Shown piece by piece: positions 41,876-51,734 of a DNA stretch of 64,000 nucleotides. The notes below the pieces were generated by a model. The model saw only the letters and a list, made by a program, of their open reading frames with translations, ran no database searches and was not told where the DNA came from. Made by a program: the position numbers and the translations under genes. The stretch covers positions 192,001-256,000 of the forward strand of contig JAOPTW010000015.1 of assembly GCA_051532035.1 (NCBI GenBank), written 5' to 3'. Source of the stretch: Fibrobacterales bacterium (GTDB lineage: Bacteria; Fibrobacterota; Fibrobacteria; Fibrobacterales; JAOPTW01). The first letter of the stretch is position 1, and each line of letters starts with the position of its first letter.

Positions 41876-43080
41876 GGGGTCTCTATTCGAGAATCCAACC
41901 TCTTAAAAACATCCAATATTGATTTAATTAAACTACTACCTTCAGGAAAATTTTTTGCAGTGTCATGCAATACAGTATATGCCATGAGCTTGGTATCTTC
42001 TTCTTCCCATAAACACAAACTCAATAATACATACCCTAAAATATTTTTTGGCTCATTTTTTAAAATAACCATCAACTCTTTTCTTGCCGTAGAGTAATCA
42101 TGTGATTTTATTTTCAGATGAATATTTATCAAATCACCTTTTAATAATTTCTCAATAGAGTCTAAAACACTCTGTGGAATAAACTGCTTAACTTCATATA
42201 CATACTTATACAAATAATCATCAGCTGTTTTATTACCTAATTTTATAGAAGGTACTCTTAAGGGAAATGAGACGGTTTGAACAGCTGGAAACATTTGTGG
42301 GCCATCAGTCAGGCGCCGAGGCTTTGTATTGATATCACTGATGCTCACTAAATTTACACATGGTATGATTACCAATCCACCATTTAATAATATAGCTGCT
42401 ACCCATGAATAATCCCATAAATCAAACTTAGACCAATACGCTCTCACAATTTTATCAATCCACATTTCATCAACAAACACATCATGTGTCAGCCTCGGTA
42501 TTTTGCCATTATAGGAGTAGAAATTTTTCTCAATATATTCGTTAGCTGAAGGAATTACATTCCACGACTCTTTCCAGGTTGCCCACCCAACATGATGATT
42601 AATTTGAGAGAAATAATAGCTTGAACCATTATCACACCGCGAATCTTTTTGGAAATTATTCCCCGATATACTCATAACCCGTGAGTCATCTTTATAAGTA
42701 ACTAAACATTCATGAGCAAACTGAAACCAACTCACATCACATAAGCAATTTGATTCCATTATTATACCCATATTTTCATGTTCAAAAAACCAGTCTATTG
42801 AAGACAATACAGCCTCTCTATACCCAACAGGCCTATTTATACTATGTATAAATACTTCACATCCCCAATCAAGTAACCCAAATAAAGTGTCACGTTCATC
42901 TTGCAGCACCTTACTCTCTATTTCACCAAGGTCTGTGGGCAATCCATCACTCGCAACATATACTTTAGAACAGCAACTTTCTCTCATTGCATTAATTAAT
43001 TCAATACAATTATTTGATTCACTTAAAACAAACAGCAAAACTGGAGAAGTATTTTTATCTATTTTTTTAATTTCTATCAT
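41848..43080 (-). CDS. Nucleotide-diphospho-sugar transferase-like (HlpA-like GT-A) protein with C-terminal TPR; catalytic motifs look degenerate
   Basis: VYVASDG, AVLSSIDWFFEHE, YKDDSRVMSISGNNF, GWATWKESW, WDYSW, NLVS. Confidence 0.7.
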   Translation of the reverse strand: MIEIKKIDKNTSPVLLFVLSESNNCIELINAMRESCCSKVYVASDGLPTDLGEIESKVLQDERDTLFGLLDWGCEVFIHSINRPVGYREAVLSSIDWFFEHENMGIIMESNCLCDVSWFQFAHECLVTYKDDSRVMSISGNNFQKDSRCDNGSSYYFSQINHHVGWATWKESWNVIPSANEYIEKNFYSYNGKIPRLTHDVFVDEMWIDKIVRAYWSKFDLWDYSWVAAILLNGGLVIIPCVNLVSISDINTKPRRLTDGPQMFPAVQTVSFPLRVPSIKLGNKTADDYLYKYVYEVKQFIPQSVLDSIEKLLKGDLINIHLKIKSHDYSTARKELMVILKNEPKNILGYVLLSLCLWEEEDTKLMAYTVLHDTAKNFPEGSSLIKSILDVFKRLDSRIETPWGSMEDLV

Positions 43081-43093
43081 TAAATCCCATGTC

Positions 43094-44422
43094 CTAAGTC
43101 AATCTTTTAAAACCAGCTACTGAAGGCGACCCCTCCAATTTAGATGATAAAGTACCACTCTTTATTGCGCCACTCAGACAAGAAAACACCTCAGTTACAG
43201 CATTAGAATATCGATTAACATCATCTTCACTATGCGCATACATCGAATAAAAACTCGTACTTGCTAAAAAATTTTTTTTCAACATTTCCTGAACAAAAAA
43301 AGCTTTAGCCTCTAAGGGCGAATCACACTCAAATGTAAAATGAGATAGTGGAGGAATTCCACCAACGGTAACATCTATCCCACTTTTATTTGACGCACTC
43401 TTCCATGCATTCTGAACCTTTGTTCCAATAGCAACCAAATGCTCACTTACATTACATCTTTCGAATTTGGTAATAGTCGCTATTGCCGCAGCAAACCCAA
43501 CTCGCTCTGTCCAGTTTGTGCTACTAATAAATGTTTTTTGGGCCGATTCCATAACATTCCCTTTACCAACTATCGCCCCAATTGCGTACCCGTTACCTAT
43601 ACCTTTGGAAAATACAGCAATATCAGGCTCAACACCAAGCTTGAGATGTGCACCGCCAGAATTCAATCTAAATCCTGCTGAAATCTCATCAACAATAAAT
43701 ACAATCCCAAATGTATCAGCAAGAGCACGTACTTTTTGTAGAAAATTATTTTCAGGAGCGGCCCCTCTAATTGGCTCCATAACAATAGCCCCTAACTCAT
43801 CACCATGCTGTTCAATTATTTTTTCAAGTTCTTCTATATGATTATACCTAAAAGGAAAAGTGGTTCCTTTTAAACTCCGCGGAACCCCTAATGGCTCAAG
43901 CCCCGACAATAGATGCTCTCCTAGCGCATTTTCAGTACCAACATTTGCAGACAAGTACCAATCATGCCAGCCGTGATACCCACAAAATGCAATATTATCC
44001 TTCCCTGTATGAGCACGAGCAATACGAACCGCAACACTCATGGCCTCGCCCCCAGTGCGAGTAAAGCGACACATGTGAGACCAAGGGTGAATTGAACACA
44101 ACAATTCAGCAAGCTCTACCTCTTCTGCACAATTAAGTGAGGTAGCCACTCCAGCATCAATGGCCAGTTTAACAGCTGTATCTACATCAGAATCTGCATA
44201 CCCTAGTACCGTCGCTCCAATGCCCCCAATTGACATATCAGTATACTCATTCCCATCTAAATCCCATACCTGAACACCTTTTGCTTTCGAAAAGTAACCA
44301 GGCCATACCCCCCAGCTAAATTGATCAGGTCTTTTCGACAGAAGTTGACATAACCCTGGTATTATTTGTTTTGCCTTTTCCTGAAGTTTAAATGATTTTT
44401 CAATTTTTGAATGTTTCACCAC
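43094..44422 (-). CDS. Class III PLP aminotransferase (glutamate-1-semialdehyde aminomutase-like), sugar-pathway associated
   Basis: WDLDGNEYTD, GYHGWHDW, IVDEISAGFR, FSKGIGNG. Confidence 0.88.
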   Translation of the reverse strand: MVKHSKIEKSFKLQEKAKQIIPGLCQLLSKRPDQFSWGVWPGYFSKAKGVQVWDLDGNEYTDMSIGGIGATVLGYADSDVDTAVKLAIDAGVATSLNCAEEVELAELLCSIHPWSHMCRFTRTGGEAMSVAVRIARAHTGKDNIAFCGYHGWHDWYLSANVGTENALGEHLLSGLEPLGVPRSLKGTTFPFRYNHIEELEKIIEQHGDELGAIVMEPIRGAAPENNFLQKVRALADTFGIVFIVDEISAGFRLNSGGAHLKLGVEPDIAVFSKGIGNGYAIGAIVGKGNVMESAQKTFISSTNWTERVGFAAAIATITKFERCNVSEHLVAIGTKVQNAWKSASNKSGIDVTVGGIPPLSHFTFECDSPLEAKAFFVQEMLKKNFLASTSFYSMYAHSEDDVNRYSNAVTEVFSCLSGAIKSGTLSSKLEGSPSVAGFKRLT

Positions 44423-44465
44423 AATAGCCTCTATACTAATTGTATCACTTACAAGTTATTCTTCA

Positions 44466-45230
44466 CTACTGCAAGTCATCTGTTTGCTTTTTTTTATCAA
44501 TTTCTAAACCGTCATTTCGTTTAAAACAATTATTTATTTCGAGTAATTCAGGCTGTTCCCGTATCAATTTGAGTATATCAGAGAAACCAAATTCCTCATT
44601 ACCCTTATATAATGCTTGAAATATTTTTGAAACAAAAACGAAATCTTCTGGCTCATCAACAGTCCAACGCATTGATGAATAATCTATTGAATGCTTAATA
44701 TCACCAATCTTAAAACAAGCTCTGTTATTATATACATATTGAGTTACATGTTCTCTCTCTAATTGTAATTGCGCCTGTCTCCACATTGTTGTAAGCGTGC
44801 TGTAACTAAATACTTCTACATCAAGCCCATCTGGATACGTCGGCTCAATTGCATTGGATGCATAATCTAATCCAGCGCCTTGATAGTACGCAATAAGCTT
44901 ATCAATAATTTCAGGGTCAATAAGAGGACAATCACCTGTTAATCGAACGACATGTAAAGGGTTATACACTGATGCACACTGATAAAATCTATCAAGGACA
45001 TCATCTAATGAACCACGAAAACAATCGACTCCAACCATCTGACACATCTGCTCTAAAGCATCATCACTCATATCCTCACTTGTCGCAACAACTAAATGAT
45101 CGATATTTTCTGATCTCTGTATTCGTTCAATTTGGTGTAGAATCATTGGTTTACCCAAGATTTTTTTGAGTACCTTTCCGGGCAATCTACGAGAAGATGT
45201 TCTCGCTTGTAACACCGCCAATACATCCAT
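44466..45230 (-). CDS. spsF: SpsF-type cytidylyltransferase (probable CMP-nonulosonate synthetase)
   Basis: LQARTSSRRLPGKVL, FRGSLDDVLDRF, VRLTGDCP, REHVT, RWTVDEPED. Confidence 0.85.
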   Translation of the reverse strand: MDVLAVLQARTSSRRLPGKVLKKILGKPMILHQIERIQRSENIDHLVVATSEDMSDDALEQMCQMVGVDCFRGSLDDVLDRFYQCASVYNPLHVVRLTGDCPLIDPEIIDKLIAYYQGAGLDYASNAIEPTYPDGLDVEVFSYSTLTTMWRQAQLQLEREHVTQYVYNNRACFKIGDIKHSIDYSSMRWTVDEPEDFVFVSKIFQALYKGNEEFGFSDILKLIREQPELLEINNCFKRNDGLEIDKKKQTDDLQ

Positions 45231-45231
45231 A

Positions 45232-46122
45232 TCAGCTCCACAATGCTGGGTTAGTTATTCTTTCATCTATATAAGGTTTAATTTCGGAGTATATTGATTG
45301 TATTTCTTGACGTGTAAAAGGATCAACGGAATAGATATCACCATTTTTTGATGCTTGTTTTGCAGTATCAGCCCCAATGACAACAGAACAATCGAGCCCT
45401 CGAGCAAATTTTAAACACATAGTAAATGGTGAATAGTTATACTCATTACATATTCCATGCCACCTTTTTAACGCTTCAACCGCGAAAGGCAATCTCCTTT
45501 GGGCCTTTTCAATATCCATAAGTAATAACCCTTGTAAAAATATACTTCGGACAAACACCTGTTTCCTTTTTTTAGAAGCTTCTTCCAGCCACCCATCAAT
45601 TAATAATTCAGGAGAAAAAAAGTTACACGGCACTTGAATTAATTCCATATCATCATTCTCAAGAACACCTGCAAACTCTTCTATACTATATAGTGAAACA
45701 CCGATCTTGTTAATAATGCATTTATCAACAAGCTTTTTCATTTCACTGCCTAAACCCTTCCCCCAGCACTGTAACCATGAATATCGATGTAACATCATGC
45801 CATAAAGAGTTTCACTTCTCAGTCTAGCTAATGACCGTCCTACTTCAAATTCTAGCCACTCTTCCGCATTAAATGGATCAAAATGTGGAGAGACCTTACT
45901 GATCACCTGTACTTCACCAAGAATACCTGCCTGTGACAATGCTGCCCCAAGAACCGACTCACTCTCTCCATACCCTTGTGCAGTATCAAAATAGCGTGCA
46001 CCAGCTCTCCATGCGTCTAATACTATTTCATGAGCATTCTTTTGACTTGGCCTTCCACCTTCATTTGCAATACCATATTCTAGACCAAGCTGAGCTGTTC
46101 CTAACACATACTCTGTCTTCAT
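45232..46122 (-). CDS. Aldo/keto reductase
   Basis: LGTAQLGLEYG, FDTAQGYGESE, IGVSLY, RSIFLQGLL. Confidence 0.9.
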   Translation of the reverse strand: MKTEYVLGTAQLGLEYGIANEGGRPSQKNAHEIVLDAWRAGARYFDTAQGYGESESVLGAALSQAGILGEVQVISKVSPHFDPFNAEEWLEFEVGRSLARLRSETLYGMMLHRYSWLQCWGKGLGSEMKKLVDKCIINKIGVSLYSIEEFAGVLENDDMELIQVPCNFFSPELLIDGWLEEASKKRKQVFVRSIFLQGLLLMDIEKAQRRLPFAVEALKRWHGICNEYNYSPFTMCLKFARGLDCSVVIGADTAKQASKNGDIYSVDPFTRQEIQSIYSEIKPYIDERITNPALWS

Positions 46123-47144
46123 TCAATACAATCCCAACTAAAAGGAGTACCTTTTTTACAGGACCCTGCGGATCTTTTTCCCAATATTTCGTTAAGATGA
46201 CGTGGGTGCAACCCATGCCCCGGCCGTACCGATCGAACATTTTCCTCTGTAAATAGAGAACCTTTATCAACATCTTCAGCTATCCACAACGATTTTCTTC
46301 CAACTTTGATAGCACTCTCTGATTTTGTAGGTTCGTACATAACAGAACCTTTTGCTTTTTCAGTAACTCTTATAGCTTGCACCATATCCTGAAACTCTTT
46401 TGGTTCTAATGAAAATTTACTATCCACTCCTTCCACTGCTCTACTGAGACAAAAGTGTTTTTCAACAATAGTTGCACCTAATGCAACTGCAGTTATAGGT
46501 ACTGCAAGCTCTAGTGAATGGTCCGACAAACCCACCGAACACCCATACCGCTCCTTCATGTTTGGGATAGTCATTAAATTCATATTATCTGGCGTTGCAG
46601 GGTATGCACTTGTACACTTCAGCAATGCTATTTCTGGGCATCCATTATTCTTTAGTATTTGAATTGCCTCTTCAATTTCTGATATGGTACCCATCCCTGT
46701 TGACATAATTACAGGTTTTCCCGTTGATGCAATTTTTTCAAGCAATGGTACATCAATCAATTCAGGTGAAGCAACCTTGTAAAACGGCACATCTAGTTCT
46801 TCTAAAAAATCTACCGCTGTTGAATCAAAAGGTGATGAGAAAAAATCAATTTCAAGTTGAACAGCTAAATCTTTGAGCTTTGACTGCCATTCCCAGGGTG
46901 TACTTGCTTTTTTATAAAGCTCATACATAGTCTTCCCATCCCAGAGAGTCCCACCTTTGATTCTAAAATAGTCATTATCGCAGTCTAGAGTTAAAGTGTC
47001 AGCTGTATACGTCTGAATTTTTATCGCATCAGCACCTGCTTTTTTTGCTGCAACCATTATATCTACTGCATTTTGATATTCACCATTATGATTACCAGAC
47101 ATTTCAGCAATTATATACGCTCTTTTTTCATATGCCTCAAACAT
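46119..47144 (-). CDS. pseI: Pseudaminic acid synthase (NeuB family with SAF domain)
   Basis: IIAEMSGNHNG, KIQTYTADT, LLKCTSAYP, GLSDHS, EKHF, RPGHGLHP. Confidence 0.9.
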   Translation of the reverse strand: MFEAYEKRAYIIAEMSGNHNGEYQNAVDIMVAAKKAGADAIKIQTYTADTLTLDCDNDYFRIKGGTLWDGKTMYELYKKASTPWEWQSKLKDLAVQLEIDFFSSPFDSTAVDFLEELDVPFYKVASPELIDVPLLEKIASTGKPVIMSTGMGTISEIEEAIQILKNNGCPEIALLKCTSAYPATPDNMNLMTIPNMKERYGCSVGLSDHSLELAVPITAVALGATIVEKHFCLSRAVEGVDSKFSLEPKEFQDMVQAIRVTEKAKGSVMYEPTKSESAIKVGRKSLWIAEDVDKGSLFTEENVRSVRPGHGLHPRHLNEILGKRSAGSCKKGTPFSWDCIE

Positions 47145-47491
47145 AAAACCTTTTATTCTTCAATAGTTCACAAAACAAATGACAACAGGAGTCCCCTAAC
47201 AAATCATTATATTCATCAATATTACATTAGTATTGCACTGAGATTGATTAGAAATAATATACATTATTTCAAAACTTGCACGAGAACCAATTCGGTTGTG
47301 CCCTCGTTCTAATCTAATGACACACTCTACCCTTAATCATACATTACTTTAAGCCCACTCCTACATATTCTTGACCACTACCTATCGATCAATTCCATTT
47401 ATATGTATTAAATTATTTCACCCTCTCATTACATACACTCTTTTTATACTAACCATTAATAATTAGTGTTTTTACCCAAAAGCCATTAAGA

Positions 47492-49456
47492 ATGTTTTTA
47501 TTTTCTGTAAGTGCATGTTTACCCAAAAAAGACACTAGTGAAATGAAAGATTCCTTTATTCGTTATATAAGTAATTTATTTACTAAAGATGTAAATTCTT
47601 TAATGCCCGATCTACGTAACATTGTCAAAGAAGCCAGCCTTCAGGAAACGGCAACAGCAATACGATTGACACTGCAACGTCCCAACATTACCTCCATGAC
47701 CTGTATGCAAATTGGAAATTTCTGGAAAAAAGTCCATAACACTCCACTCAAACCTAATCCAAAAAATATTAAACTTTATTTTCTTTCTGATTCGACAACC
47801 GCTACACACGATTGTTATCTCATTCCTTTTGCGGGATCTTATGGAATCAATCTTTCTATAGATTCATGTGACTTCGATTCTGTAGAACAGATGGTTTTTC
47901 AAGCAGATTCTCACTTATACACCTCTACACCCGATGTGATCGTATTGCAACTTTCACATGAATGGCTCAACAAATACATCGGTCATGATTCATTAATAGA
48001 TACACATTCCATCAACCAATCTATTGATGCACTTAAAGCAATTGTTAATTCTATGCAAAAATATTCAGATTCAAAAATTATCGTTTGCCCCTTCACTCCC
48101 GAAAGCTGGACAATGCCTGGTGGTATGATTGTTACAACCGATGCTGTAGGAAGACATCATGCACTTAATACCATTAACAACTATATTTTCTCTCTTGTCA
48201 ATAGTCGCATAAGTATAATGGACACATATACTCCACTCCTTGAGGCAGGGGGAGTCAAAGCATTAGGGCGTACAAGCCTACTCCGCGCCAGAATACTCAC
48301 AGAATCAGACGGAGTTGTATCCTTTAGCAGGGAATGTGCACGAACTATTGCAGGCATCTTCGGTAAATCATATAGGGGAGTAATTGTAGACTGGGACAAC
48401 ACCCTCTGGGGTGGACTTGTCTCAGAAGATCGCCCTGAGGATTTACTCTGTGGCCCGGATTCCCCTGATGCCCTTGGCTACTCTTTTGTTCAAAACTATT
48501 TAAAAAGTCTTCAAAAACTTGGTCTGGTATTAGCTGCAGCAAGTAGAAACATGCCAACAGTTAAGAATATTTTTGAAAAACGCCCAGACATGCCATTATC
48601 CCTTAGTGATTTTTCATCTGTGCAAGTAAATTTAAATTCCAAAAGTTCTTCTATTCAGAAGATCTCTTCTGAACTTGGCTTTGGTACAGAGTACATGCTT
48701 TTTATTGACGACAATATTTTTGAATTAACTGAAGCTGTATGTGCGAACCCTCATTTAGATATTCTTTTAGCTGGACCGAATCCTGACGATACATTAGCAG
48801 AATTGTCCCATTATCGGCCCGGACATATCACTCAACTGTTACAGTCAGATCGAGAACGATCTGAACGCATCAAAACACTAACCAAACAACGCAAGGAACA
48901 AGAGTCTGTTGGAGATTTACCTACCTTTTTAAAAAGCATAGACATCCAACTGACATTCTCAAAACTGAATCAACACAATGCCCCAAGAGTAGAACAGTTA
49001 TTAGGGAAAAGTAATCAATTTAACCTTACAACACGACGTCATACCCTTACTGCATTGAAAGATATTGAAGCCAATAATGGAAGTGTCGTCGTTGTTGAAT
49101 ATACAGACAAGTTCGGAGACCAAGGTATAATATCTGTTCTCATAGTAGTACCAGATAAAGACCAATATAGAATTGACAGTTGGGTGATGAGCTGTAGGGT
49201 CTTAAATAGAACAATTGAAGAAGCAATGTTCACATGGCTGCGACATGAGACAAGCTCTCATGACATTCTTGGTGAATTCATAGTAACAGAAAAGAATTCT
49301 CTCGTTTCCAATCTCTATAAAAGTTTCGGCATGATCCTAATCGATAGTGCTTCTCCCAGTCAAACCTGGACTACCGCCGGTTCTCAACCACTAAATATCA
49401 ATCCGCACTACTGCACTATACATGTACCAGATGGCAGTTTAATTTCAGCTATTTAG
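47492..49456 (+). CDS. fkbH: FkbH-like HAD-IIIC glyceryl-ACP transferase/phosphatase with N-terminal extension
   Basis: DWDNTLWGG, ASRN, FIDDN, KSNQFNLTT, DKFGDQG, MSCRVLNR. The start may be ATG 47543. Confidence 0.88.
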   Translation: MFLFSVSACLPKKDTSEMKDSFIRYISNLFTKDVNSLMPDLRNIVKEASLQETATAIRLTLQRPNITSMTCMQIGNFWKKVHNTPLKPNPKNIKLYFLSDSTTATHDCYLIPFAGSYGINLSIDSCDFDSVEQMVFQADSHLYTSTPDVIVLQLSHEWLNKYIGHDSLIDTHSINQSIDALKAIVNSMQKYSDSKIIVCPFTPESWTMPGGMIVTTDAVGRHHALNTINNYIFSLVNSRISIMDTYTPLLEAGGVKALGRTSLLRARILTESDGVVSFSRECARTIAGIFGKSYRGVIVDWDNTLWGGLVSEDRPEDLLCGPDSPDALGYSFVQNYLKSLQKLGLVLAAASRNMPTVKNIFEKRPDMPLSLSDFSSVQVNLNSKSSSIQKISSELGFGTEYMLFIDDNIFELTEAVCANPHLDILLAGPNPDDTLAELSHYRPGHITQLLQSDRERSERIKTLTKQRKEQESVGDLPTFLKSIDIQLTFSKLNQHNAPRVEQLLGKSNQFNLTTRRHTLTALKDIEANNGSVVVVEYTDKFGDQGIISVLIVVPDKDQYRIDSWVMSCRVLNRTIEEAMFTWLRHETSSHDILGEFIVTEKNSLVSNLYKSFGMILIDSASPSQTWTTAGSQPLNINPHYCTIHVPDGSLISAI

Positions 49457-49522
49457 ACAAGCCTTAAATTTTCAATTTTCCCTATTTTTCACACAAAAAA
49501 TAAGGAAGTTCTTATTTTATAT

Positions 49523-49557
49523 TAAATATAAATCGGAAATTATCCGATATATATTTA
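49523..49557. promoter_or_regulatory. Intergenic inverted repeat upstream of ACP1
   Basis: taaatataaatcgga-aatta-tccgatatatattta; 15-bp arms with one mismatch. Confidence 0.4.
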
Positions 49558-49588
49558 TGCATATTGGATCCTTAAGAAGGTGTATTTC

Positions 49589-49834
49589 ATGAACGCTGGT
49601 AATGAGCAAAAGCTTACAGAAATTTTCAGAATTATATTTGCAAATGATGACATCGTACTCAAAGATGAATTGAGTGCAAAAGATTTTAACGGTTGGGATT
49701 CCTTAAATCATATTAAATTAATGCTCCAGATAGAAACAGAGTTTGGTATTAAATTTTCGGGACGAGATACTGTCAGACTACAAAACATCAAAGAGTTAAA
49801 AGCATTGATAGATGAAAAAACAGCACCGGTATAG
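49589..49834 (+). CDS. Acyl carrier protein 1
   Basis: GWDSLNH phosphopantetheinylation motif, about 81 aa; ATG 49589 (ORF track start 49580). Confidence 0.9.
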   Translation: MNAGNEQKLTEIFRIIFANDDIVLKDELSAKDFNGWDSLNHIKLMLQIETEFGIKFSGRDTVRLQNIKELKALIDEKTAPV

Positions 49835-49837
49835 CTG

Positions 49838-50761
49838 ATGTCTATTGTTGATGATTTCATTCAAGAGTTTCAAAAAGCCTCTCCCATATTTTCCGATTCA
49901 ATTATTAAAAACAGATTGAATAACCCTAATCAATTTGACCAATTTGCATCATTAATGCTCAACTGGGCTCGTCAATACTTAGGGAACGGCTACCATGAGC
50001 ACCTCATTGATTCTTACCTCGACTTTACTTATGACGTAAACCAAGCCCAGTTAAAATATGAATCAACTGGACGGTATGAAAACAGCACCTATAGTGAAGT
50101 TGCAGAAAAAACCTATCTCTCTGCAGAATTTATGAATTCATATCACTGGGGAGTTTTTATCACTACTTTTGCGTGGCCGCATCATCTCGAAATATGCAAC
50201 ATTTTAGAAAAAAACTTCTTACCTCTGGCGACTAACAACATACACCCTGGTGCATCTATACTCGATTTAGGGTGTGGTTCTGGCGTATGGCACCAGCTGA
50301 TACGAAACATTTCTGAAGTACCTGACTTAAGTGTAACTGCCGTTGACATTAGCCCACACACCATTCAAACAAGTGAAGGCATGGCGCAGAGTTCATCGCT
50401 ACATACCAATATCAATTACATACTAGGCGACGCTCTTCTCTATAAGAATGAATCACACACAAAATTTGACATTGGTATATCATGTTTTTTATTAGAACAC
50501 CTAGAAAAACCACTCCAATTACTTACCAATCTATACGACAATTTAAGCAATGACAGCTATGCGTTTGTTACCTGTGCAATTTCTGCTGCTGAAATAGATC
50601 ACATTTATGAGTTTAAAAAAGAGTCTGAACCCATCATTCTTGCAGAAGAGGCTGGCTTTAGAGTGTTATATAGTGTCAGTGTGTCAGCCCATGAAAACGG
50701 TGGGCCATCTGGTCTAATTCCACGATCATTTGTCATGATTCTCCGAAAACTTCGAACCTAA
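49838..50761 (+). CDS. Class I SAM-dependent methyltransferase 1
   Basis: ILDLGCGSG, VDIS, LLEHLEKP. Confidence 0.88.
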   Translation: MSIVDDFIQEFQKASPIFSDSIIKNRLNNPNQFDQFASLMLNWARQYLGNGYHEHLIDSYLDFTYDVNQAQLKYESTGRYENSTYSEVAEKTYLSAEFMNSYHWGVFITTFAWPHHLEICNILEKNFLPLATNNIHPGASILDLGCGSGVWHQLIRNISEVPDLSVTAVDISPHTIQTSEGMAQSSSLHTNINYILGDALLYKNESHTKFDIGISCFLLEHLEKPLQLLTNLYDNLSNDSYAFVTCAISAAEIDHIYEFKKESEPIILAEEAGFRVLYSVSVSAHENGGPSGLIPRSFVMILRKLRT

Positions 50762-50775
50762 GCATTCTAAAACAC

Positions 50776-51618
50776 ATGGATACATTTACTAAAAACGACC
50801 TAATTACCGCTCTTAAGGCCATTGGACTCAAACAAAATGATGTTGTCTATTTTCAAACTGAGCTTTTTAGCATCGGAATTCCTGAAGGTATAAGTCTTGA
50901 CGATAAAGACAGTTACTGTCAATTTTTTATAGATACCATTTTTGATGTTATCGGATCAAATGGAACTCTTGTTATTCTCACAGCATCAACGCAAGTTGCC
51001 CGTTTTGATGAAGAATACGATCCTAAAACCACTAAATCCAGTCACGGCTTATTAGCCAATTACGTTATCTCCCACCCAGATTTTGTCAGAACACTCAGTC
51101 CAATGTTTTCTTTCGCAGCTACAGGAAAATATAAACATGAAATATGTCGAACGTCTTCGACTCATAATTACGGAGCTCGATCTCCATTAGACCAATTAGT
51201 AAAGTATAATGCAATAAACATCTTTTTGGGCTTTGATCCAAGTTATGGATTTACAATATTGCACTATGCTGAATTCATGTATGGCGTCCCCCACTGCTAC
51301 AATAAAGTACTCAAATGGAAACCTATGATCGACGGTACTCCATGTGATAAAACCTATGTTGCATCGGTCAGGTTTTTAGAGTATGAACTTAAATATAATC
51401 TGAAACCTTTTGTCCAGGTTCTTAGAGACACTCACCTAATAAAAGATACCACAATTGGAATGGGGACAATAAGTGCTTGTTCTATACCTGAAGTCATTGA
51501 ACTTGCACTCGACAAGCTCGAAGAAGATGTATATTACTTCCTTGATGAGCCCCCTAATTTTGAATATGGCAAGATCCCTTTTGATGGTCCAACAGCTGGA
51601 AGAGATGGGATTGCATAA
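50776..51618 (+). CDS. AAC(3)-family N-acyltransferase 1
   Basis: LKAIGLKQNDVV, GSNGTLV, RTLSPMFSFAATG, SPL, TILHYAE. Confidence 0.85.
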   Translation: MDTFTKNDLITALKAIGLKQNDVVYFQTELFSIGIPEGISLDDKDSYCQFFIDTIFDVIGSNGTLVILTASTQVARFDEEYDPKTTKSSHGLLANYVISHPDFVRTLSPMFSFAATGKYKHEICRTSSTHNYGARSPLDQLVKYNAINIFLGFDPSYGFTILHYAEFMYGVPHCYNKVLKWKPMIDGTPCDKTYVASVRFLEYELKYNLKPFVQVLRDTHLIKDTTIGMGTISACSIPEVIELALDKLEEDVYYFLDEPPNFEYGKIPFDGPTAGRDGIA

Positions 51619-51734
51619 GATATGATCTTAGATTCAGTAATTAATATCAATTTGTTTTTCAAAAAATACCTATTATTTCAATAAGTAGATATCTATAGAC
51701 TCTGACTAGAGCGTATCTTATAATCGAGGAAAAA

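Noticed and set aside
43094..44422. hemL (tetrapyrrole synthesis)
   Set aside because: The operon context with pseI/spsF and the GYHGWHDW motif fit the sugar-associated subgroup; no hem genes nearby.
51696..51724. Sigma70-like promoter TAGACT-N17-TATAAT before pseB
   Set aside because: The implied start site would fall after the GAGGA ribosome-binding site, and the AT-rich context makes a chance match likely.
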